Shown here one piece after another: positions 26,927 through 35,992 of a stretch of DNA of 64,000 nucleotides (positions within the stretch are counted from its first letter, which is position 1; the number at the start of each line of letters is the position of its first letter). The notes beneath the pieces were generated by a model, which searched no databases, was not told the DNA's origin, and was given only the letters and a program-made list of their open reading frames with translations. Source of the DNA: Octopus sinensis (lineage: Eukaryota); the NCBI RefSeq assembly GCF_006345805.1, contig NC_042999.1:116188001-116252000 (forward strand). The letters run 5' to 3'. A program made the position numbers and the translations under genes.

Positions 26927-28365
26927 ATATTGGGGGCCTGTTGCATCAAAATAGAAACAAAATTTCTTTCCTGAGAGATCTTACTGCATGCAATCAAGCC
27001 CTATGCATAGCACTTGTGGAAACTCACCTCAACCTTGATATAGAGGATGCAGAAGTACACATACCAAACTATGCCATACTGCAAACAGACAGAAGGGAAA
27101 GGAGCCATGGTGGAGTTGCTGTATACATCCGAGATGACCTCACACCCCAGGTCTTGATGACATACTCAAATTCGGTATGTGACACCTTAATTGTATACAT
27201 AAGACAACATAATATAGTCATATGCAATACTTATTGCCCACCGGATGCCCCAAATCACATAGGCAAGTTTGAAGATTGCCTCACAAGAATTAAAGAAATC
27301 CTCATGAATCTGGAACACCGCATGACCATATTTCTTATGGGTGATTTCAACTTCCCCAATATCAAATGGACCGAAGGTCACATACTCTCAGGAATGAATC
27401 ATTGCAAGCAAGTACAGGTGCAGTCCCTGCTCAACCTCACCAATGCCTTATTCATGGAGCAAGTTGTACTCAAGCCAACTAGGGTAAATAACATTCTGGA
27501 TCTCTGCTTCACGAACAATATGGACATCATTCATGATGTGAAAGTGACACCGACATCAGTTTCGGATCACAACATAATAGAGCTGTCTATGTTTGGGCCG
27601 AAAGTAACCAGAGACATACAGCCTAAAGGAAGCACCCGAAATCTCTCCAATCTGAACTTCCACAAAGCAGATTGGAAATCGATCCTCAGAGAGGACTGGC
27701 CGGAATGTCTCTCCACACCAGACATTGACATGAAACTAGAATGTTTCATGTCTTCTGTGCAAGCCATATGCCAGAAATATGTCCCAGAGCACAAGGCCAA
27801 AACAAATAGGAGCAAGATTCCAAGAGACAGGAAGATCCTCATGAGACGACGGACGAAGGTTGCAAATCGTCTCAACCAACATCCCAAAAGTAGCGAAACG
27901 TCCCGCCTAAAAACAACACTGATGGAGATCGAAAAAAGGCTGCAACAATCCTATGTGAAGGAGAAAGCAGACAAAGAAGCCTGGGTTATAAAAAACATTA
28001 AATCAAACCCAAAGGCCTTCTTTCATTACACGAAAGAAACAGTCTCAGTGCACTACAAGATAGGACACCTCCTCCAAAAGGATGGCTCCCTCACAGACAG
28101 TCCAACTATGATCAGTGAGATGCTGAATGACCAGTTCAAAAGTGTCTTTACTACCCCGTTGGAACACAGACAAGTGAACGAACCAGTGGACTTCTTTGCC
28201 GCCTCACCTATAACCAGCGAGGCGGTTACAATAGAATGTATTGACATTAGCGAAAATGATGTCCTACTAACCATAGATGAAGTGGACACAAACTCAGCTG
28301 CTGGTCCAGATGGTTTCCCAGCCATCCTCCTCAAAGCGTGTAAGCATGCCCTGGCAAAACCCCTG
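26773..28365 (+). CDS. LINE ORF2 (APE endonuclease plus linker), CR1 group, 3'-truncated just before the RT core
   Basis: APE motifs LLNIGGL, ETHL, GGVAVYIRD, YCPP, GDFNFPNIKW, LDLCF and SDH. Then KSNPKAFF and SAAGPDGFPAILLK. No stops for about 1.6 kb. Unrelated repeat sequence starts at about 28366. Confidence 0.92.
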
Positions 28366-28770
28366 ATCGCCATGTTGATTCGCTAGCTTCTGCACGCATT
28401 TTTTTTCTCTCCTTGTTTCTTTCTGTGTTTCTTTTCTGTGTATCTTTCTGTTGAAGAGCGTAGGCTCGAAATGTAAAAGACTTGTTTTAATTATATTCCT
28501 GAGCGCCATACTAATACAATTGTTTGTTTGTATTCCACCTGCCTTCGTCTTTTGTTTATTTTCAGTGCAAACAAGGGAGTCAGAGAAAGGCAGAATGCCA
28601 CTTATATCTGAACACTACTATAGAAATATTCCTTTAAAAAAACTTTTCTTCTAATTTTTCTAAATTTAATTATTTAATCGTTACAGTTGAAAAGGTCTCA
28701 AAATGACCGAAACCGGTACTGAAATGTTCACTATAAAATTATTTTAGCATTTTCTATTTTTGACTTGTTT

Positions 28771-28822
<52 letters not shown>

Positions 28823-28906
28823 CATATTATATATATATATATATACATTATATATATACATATATATATATATACATATATATATTACATATACATATAT
28901 ATATAC

Positions 28907-28941
<35 letters not shown>

Positions 28942-29072
28942 CATATATATACATATACATATATATATATTACATATATATATATATACATATATATCTA
29001 TACATATATATCTATACATATATATATACACATATATATAATATATATACACATATATATATATATATACAC

Positions 29073-29103
<31 letters not shown>

Positions 29104-29608
29104 CACATATAATATATATATAACATAATATATATATACACACATATTATTATATATATATTATAACACATATATATATATATATACACACATATATATA
29201 TATATATACACACATATATATATATTATATACACACATATATATATATATATACACACATATATATTATATATATACACATATATAATATACACATATAT
29301 ATATATTATACACATATATATATATATTCACATAAAAATTTAGCAATTAAGGACAACTACTTAATAAGGAACACTTAACAAGAAATTGTCAGGTAGATAG
29401 CGTGAAAACCTCATAAGAGAAAAAATTTCGAAAATAATTATTTCTTATTGAACATATTAATTTATATATAGAGGGCATTATACATACATGCCAGAAGGCA
29501 TTATACATACAAGCCACACGCTAAGAGGGACAATTAGTCATTTCTACCAAAAATATAACTAATCCCACCGAATGCAATTTTTCAAAGTAAGACATTTAAA
29601 AAATATAT

Positions 29609-29656
29609 AGACCTGTATCACAGTGATTTCATACTTACGTATTCATCAGCAGGCCT
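29609..29656 (-). ncRNA. Type I hammerhead ribozyme, intact core
   Basis: Reverse complement reads AGGCCTG-CTGATGA-ATAC GTAA GTAT-GAAA-TCAC T GTGA-TA-CAGGTCT. Confidence 0.88.
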
Positions 29657-29942
29657 GAATGTATTATAAATAAACAACGACCCTGCCCCGCTTAAGCCGA
29701 TCAGCTAACTGATCAACATCAACGAAGCACATGGGTGAGTTTACATATATTACATCCGGATAAATGGCAAACTTTTACGAATTGCATTTCGAGAGGAAAA
29801 GTTTTTTCGGAATAAAAATTAGCAATTAAGGACAACTACTTAATAAGGAAAACTTAACACGAAAATTGTCAGGTAGATAGCGTTGATCAGTTAGCTGATC
29901 GGCTTAAGCGGGGCAGGGTCGTTGTTTATTTATAATACATTC

Positions 29943-29992
29943 AGGCCTGCTGAGATGAATACGTAAGTATGAAATCACTGTGATACAGGTCT
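29943..29992 (+). ncRNA. Hammerhead ribozyme copy with disrupted core
   Basis: Same sequence, but the core reads CTGAGATGA (2-nt insertion). Confidence 0.7.
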
Positions 29993-30420
29993 ATATATTT
30001 TTTAAATGTCTTACTTTGAAAAATTGCATTCGGTGGATTAGTTATATTTTTGGTAGAAATGACTAATTGTCCCTCTTAGCGTGTGGCTTGTATGTATAAT
30101 GCCTTCTGGCATGTATGTATAATGCCCTCATAATAAATAATATGTTCAATAGATAAGAAATATATTTTCGAAATTTTTCTCTCTTATGAGGTTTTCACGT
30201 ATCTACCTGACAATTTCTTGTTAAGTTTTCCTTATTAAGTAGTTGTCCTTATTGCTAAATTTTTATTCCGAAAAAACTTTTCCTCTCCCGAAATGCAATC
30301 GTAAAAGTTTGCCATGTATCCGGATGTATATATGTAAACTCACCCATGTGCTTCGTTGATGTTGATCAGTTAGCTGATCGGCTTAAGCGGGGCAGGGTCG
30401 TTGTTTATTTATAATACATC

Positions 30421-30468
30421 AGGCCTGCTGATGAATACGTAAGTATGAAATCACTGTGATACAGGTCT
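30421..30468 (+). ncRNA. Type I hammerhead ribozyme, intact core
   Basis: Stem I AGGCCTG/CAGGTCT (7 bp, one G-U). Core CTGATGA at 30428-30434. Stem II ATAC/GTAT with a GUAA loop. GAAA at 30447-30450. Self-complementary stem III. AUA triplet, with predicted cleavage after 30461. Confidence 0.9.
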
Positions 30469-30901
30469 ATATATTTTTTTTAAATGTCTTACTTTGAAAA
30501 ATTGCATTCGTGGGATTAGTTATATTTTTGGTAGAGAATGACTAATTGTACCTCTTAGCGTGTGGCTGTGATGTATAATGCCTTCTGGCATGTATGTATA
30601 ATGCCCTCTATATATAAATTAATATGTTCAATAAGAAATAATTATTTTCGAAATTTTTTCTCTTATGAGGTTTTCACGCTATCTACCTGACAATTTCTTG
30701 TTAGTTTCCTTATTAAGTAGTTGTCCTTAATTGCTAAATTTTTATTCCGAAAAAACTTTTCCTCTCCCGAAATGCAATTCGTAAAAGTTTGCCATTTATC
30801 CGGATGTATATATGTAAACTCACCCATGTGCTTCGTTGATGTTGATCAGTTAGCTGATCGGCTTAAGCGGGGCAGGGTCGTTGTTTATTTATAAATACAT
30901 C

Positions 30902-30949
30902 AGGCCTGCTGATGAATACGTAAGTATGAAATCACTGTGATACAGGTCT
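30902..30949 (+). ncRNA. Type I hammerhead ribozyme, intact core
   Basis: Identical to 30421-30468 and 481 bp downstream. Predicted cleavage after 30942. Confidence 0.9.
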
Positions 30950-32018
30950 ATATATTTTTTAAATGTCTTACTTTGAAAAATTGCATTCGGTGGGATTAGT
31001 TATATTTTTGGTAGAAATGACTAATTGTCCCTCTTAGCGTGTGGCTTGTATGTATAATGCCTTCTGGCATGTATGTATAATGCCCTCTATATATAAATTT
31101 ATATTCACATTATATATATATATAACACACAATATTATATATATACACATAATATATATATTCAATATATATATATATACACACATATATAGATATACAC
31201 AACATATATATATATACACAATATTATATATACACACATATATATATATATACCACACATTATATATTAACACACCATATATATATATTATACACACATA
31301 TATCACTATATATAATATATATATATATACATATATATACATATATATATATATACATACATACACACATATATATATATATACATACATACACACATAT
31401 ATATATATATACATACATACACACATATATATATATATACATACATACATATATATATATACATACATACACACATATATTGGCCCGCTCGCTTAGCCAG
31501 TGGGGTGGCGTCATTCGAAGGCTAAAACAATGCGAACGCATTGTGACCAGCGATGTGTAACTACATACATATATACATATATATACATACATATACATAT
31601 ATATACATACATATACATACATATATATATACATATACATACATATATATATACATGCAGTGGTTGGCGTCAGGAAGGGCATCCAGCTGTAGAAACACTG
31701 CCAGATCTGACTGGCCTGGTGCAGCCTTCGGGCTTGCCAGACCCCAGTTGAACCGTCCAACCCATGCTAGCATGGAAAGCGGACGTTAAGCGATGATGAT
31801 GATGATATACATACATATATATACATACATATACATATATACATATACATATATATACATACATATATATTATATATATATATATTATATATATATATAT
31901 ATATACATATATATTCATACATACACACATATATATATATTCATACATACACACATATATATATATATTCATACATACACACATATATATATATATATTC
32001 ATACATACACACCACATG

Positions 32019-32056
<38 letters not shown>

Positions 32057-32130
32057 CATACATACATACATATATATATATACATACATACACATATATA
32101 TATATATATATATATCCTTCTCTTTCTTAG

Positions 32131-32355
32131 ATACTTGTTTTTGAAGATGCACCGAATGGTGTTCTTTCTGGTGCTGCTGCTGGAATGCAGGTTGTCTGGG
32201 TGCCAGATACCCGTGCCAACCGTTCACAGCTTCTGGACAAAGTTTCTATTATATTAGACACACTGGAAGACTTCCAACCAGAATTGTTTGGCTTACCTCC
32301 GTTTGACGAATGTCATCCCAAGACTGATAGCAAAGAAGCAACCACCTCACAGATG
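32131..32355 (+). CDS. PUDP: Pseudouridine-5'-phosphatase (HAD hydrolase), C-terminal exon
   Basis: Polypyrimidine acceptor tctttcttag|. Translates [26 protein letters not shown]...ILDTLEDFQPELFGLPPFD, matching the recalled human PUDP/HDHD1 [26 protein letters not shown]...LQDFQPELFGLP. Ends ATG|GTAAGA donor, phase 0 at both ends. Confidence 0.9.
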
Positions 32356-32934
32356 GTAAGATTTTATTGCTTTTTAGCAGAGGCAAAATGCCTTCGTTGT
32401 TGTTGTCAATACCTGTATTATTACCAAATCAAAACAAAAGTCTTATTTAAAATCAGTTAAGAATATCAATCATTATTATCTTTTGATTTTTATTGATGAC
32501 ATACTGCTCATCTTTGTGTGTATGTGTTTATATGTATTTCTGTGTTAGTGTTTACATTAAAAGCGGCAGGTTGTAAGAGGCTGATAATAAACTAAACAGT
32601 TGAGCAAGCTGACTGAAACCAGTCAACTAGAGATGCTGCTCTACCTAACATATGGAATGTTATAAATTTGAGAGCAAGTTCAAGTACAGTCTACAGCAGT
32701 GATGTCACTCAGCTCTCGATTATCATTTAGTGTGATGCTGCAAACAGTTGGTTAAGTACATGTTTCTGTAATAAACAAAAAGGAAATGAGGAAAGCTAAC
32801 AATGCAGTGAAGAAAGTTGAAAAGCCTTTATATATTTCAGGCACAAAGCCTATCTTCAGAAGGATAAGTCAAAGAAATGTGTGTCAAACTAGATTCTGGT
32901 GTTTGGCAGGATCTATATAGACACAGATATCTTT

Positions 32935-32970
<36 letters not shown>

Positions 32971-33499
32971 TAAATAATATCTTTGTAGCTAGATCGTAGG
33001 TGATCTCCTTCTAGCATATTAGATGTCCACTTAGTGGTCATTCCTATTATATGCACATATATATATATATATTATACAAATAAATGTGCCCTTTTAAAGC
33101 TTAGCCAGGTTCATGGGCCCAGTTTCCCACTTTCAATGGCGTATGTGTTCCCTAGCTGGACTGGATGCCAGTTCATCGCAGCGTTACTCAGCGTAGCCAG
33201 CAGAGTGGACTGGAGCAACATGAAATGAAGTGTTTTGCTCAAGAACACAACGTGTCGCCTGGTCCAGAAATCGAAACCACAATCTTACGATATGTGAGCT
33301 GAAAATGTTATTAACTTGAACTGATTTTTGGCATTAACATTTTTAGCATGTCATCAGGTCATTTACAAAGATATTATGTTACATTAATATCTCTAGCAGT
33401 TGCAGACCCTAGCATGTAGCCAGTTGATTTTTGTAGCAGGAATGATAATGAATTTTATGCTAAAATGAGCAGAATTACAGAAAAATTATTTTCTTGGAA

Positions 33500-33960
33500 T
33501 ATTCTTTTTGAAATATTTATAACATTGGAGACAATTGTTCTGCTCTCAGTTTTAGTTGTGAGAATTTTTCCCAGATCTTTGTGAACCTCTCAATGACAGC
33601 AGCTAAGGTGGCAAGTACTTTTGCCAAATGTAAGCACTTCAACAGCCATAAGTGGATAACAGAGTTAAATACTTTCCTATAATCAAGCCATACTGTTGCA
33701 AGACTTCTACAGTGTATTCTTACTTCAGACAGCACAGCTTTATTTATCAAAGTTGTTCGGCATGTCCCCACACCTTCTTCTTTTCACATACCTGCTCATC
33801 AGTCACTGAGGAATTGTTTGAGGCAGCTTGTGTAGTTTGTACATAATGTTTAGGCAAATAATGGGCCTATAGTTTTCTGCCAACTCAGTGGTTTCATTCT
33901 TGGCCACAAGATTTGTCATGGCATGTCAATCTGACCTTCCATAGTTCTTTTAATAGCTTT
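33500..33960 (-). mobile_element. R4/Dong-clade LINE RT fragment, decayed
   Basis: LINKAVLSEV...LATVWLDYRKVFNSVIHLWL resembles the R4 RT motif (NKxIL...AWIDYKKAFDSVPHSW). Confidence 0.7.
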
Positions 33961-34041
33961 CTATAAAAAGTCTGCCTGTTATATCAATATCTAAGTATTA
34001 AGTCTCTTCCAGGTGTTTTTTCATTATGCAGTTTGCTTGCA

Positions 34042-34135
34042 ATCACTTTGAAAACACAGAAGTTAAGCAAAGTCGAGCCTAGTTAGTACTTAGATGGGTA
34101 ACCGCTTGGGAAACCTAAGTGCTGTAAATGTCTTT
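34042..34135 (+). pseudogene. 5S rRNA pseudogene with an internal deletion of about 19 nt
   Basis: ATCACTTTGAAAACAC...GAAGTTAAGCAAAGTCGAGCCTAGTTAGTACTTAGATGGGTAACCGCTTGGGAAACCTAAGTGCTGTA aligns by eye to metazoan 5S, including box A and box C. Confidence 0.8.
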
Positions 34136-34140
34136 CTATA

Positions 34141-34372
34141 AAGGTGGCAAGCTGGCAGAAATGTTAGCATGCTGGGCGTAATGCTTAGCGGTATTTCGTC
34201 TGCCGTTACGTTCTGAGTTCAAATTCCGCCGAGGTTGTCTTTGTCTTTCATCCTTTCAGAGTCAATAAATTAAGTACCAGTTACGCACTGGGGTCGATGT
34301 AATCAACTTAATCCCTTTGTGTGTCCTTGTTTGTTCCCTCTATGTTTAGCCCCTTGTGGGCAATAAAGAAAT
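34141..34372 (+). mobile_element. SINE family B
   Basis: Full-length match to 18445-18672. Confidence 0.85.
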
Positions 34373-34429
34373 GAGTTATTGTGGAAGTTTTTGGATACCT
34401 ATCTTTATATCCTGTTCAACCTGGACATA

Positions 34430-35545
34430 CCACTAATGAAAACAGTACTACAGCACCAATAAACTATTCATGATGAAGTAAGTACTTTTCTCATTTTATT
34501 TATACTGTACATTTAAACCAAGATCTACTTCAGTGCTATAAAAAAAAACCATGATGACACTTCTATCGGATATATGAAGTAGTTAAAAAATACTAGGAGA
34601 AGCTCACCCCAACTTAAACACCTTTAAACACCCCAACTTAAACAAGCAACAAAAATCTTTCTTTGCAAAAAAAATGGCTTGCTTTTGTTATGCTAATTAA
34701 TCTTCTCATTGAGAACTGGCCAAAGTTTGCCAGAAGAGAGACTTAAAATAATGTAAAGAAACCACTCAGCCATCACTAAATCCTTGTGTATCTTCAAATG
34801 TAGCTGTCTCAAGAGGGGCATATATTCCAACAGTTGTCCCTCAAGAGAAACAACTGTTAGAATATATTTAACTTAGAAACATCTTGAGACCACAGTTCAT
34901 AGAAAACTTTCCCACTTTTATGAAACTGTCATTGAACTACAGATCATTCTCAACAGGATTAAGGGAAAATCCAACAGCTGCAATGTTGAAAGTTATCAAC
35001 AACATCACTGGAAAGTACATGGAATCATGTGATGTAAATTACCAGAATATTAATCCCTTCATATATACAGCTGCAATCACTCTTAAATAACATCAAGGAG
35101 ATATCCGCAGTATATATGGTGATGAAGTTACTAAGCAGAAGCAACCCAGATGGAAACAAAACTTGAAGTAACATCAACAATCTGCATTGCCATATTGGAT
35201 GGTTAAATATAATAAAATGTAAGGGGTATAATGAGCTCACATTTCACCAATTACATCTTATGCATAAATTAGTAAAACTCTACAGTGACTCTTCACACCA
35301 AGCACTTGAGGGAAAGGTAATAACTCTAGAGCATGAATTTAAAGCAATGAAGGAAAGACTCTGCTATCACAGGCATTATACAGAGAAAAGAGGAATGAAA
35401 CATTACTGTTAAGAAAGCTCCCTTTCGAGAAGATCTTGAATCATTCTGCTCTAAAATCTGTGATGCAAAGTGGAATTTCAACCTTAATGCTCGAGGGATA
35501 AATACAGTTAGGAGAGAATACTGTACAAACATAGTCAATGAAACA
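34430..35545 (+). mobile_element. Decayed LINE N-terminal region, probably R4/Dong
   Basis: Broken frames ...KVINNITGKYM...INPFIYTAAITL and KQPRWKQNL. The left end is duplicated in inverted form at 35545-35686. Confidence 0.45.
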
Positions 35546-35956
35546 CTTCATATATCCAATAGAAGTGTCATCATGGGTTTTTTTTAAGTAGATTTTAGTT
35601 TAAATGTAGAGTGCAAATAAAATGAGACGAGTACTTACTTCATCATGAATAGCTTATTGATGCTGTAGTGCTGTTTTCATCAGTTGTATTGTTATTAGGT
35701 TTTAGCAGAATTCTGTGAGGTATAAAGTATTTTTTTTAAAAATCCAGTCAAAAAATACTCTGTTGGTAAGTAAAACATGTAAAAAGTGTTTCTTTTATTT
35801 TATAACAGAAGAAATAAGCTAGTTACTGATTTAGGCTGGAGGATTTGGCATAATTGTAGAAAACATTCAAAAAGGAATTTCAAATAGCTGCACGTCTAAT
35901 GTTGATGGCACCATGTGGTGTATGTATATATATGTATATATATATATATTATATAT

Positions 35957-35992
<36 letters not shown>

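Larger units (their letters stand above)
29334..31099. mobile_element. Hammerhead-ribozyme tandem array (retrozyme or Penelope pLTR-like), ~480-bp monomer, 5' arm inverted
   Basis: Left arm 29332-29883 (about 1.15 monomers) is antisense to the right arm 29883-31099 (monomer starts at 29883, 30362 and 30842). An 11-bp direct repeat TATATTCACAT lies at 29323-29333 and 31100-31110. Confidence 0.85.

Noticed and set aside
26194-27887. Minus-strand ORFs of 64-109 aa
   Set aside because: They are antisense shadows of the LINE ORFs.
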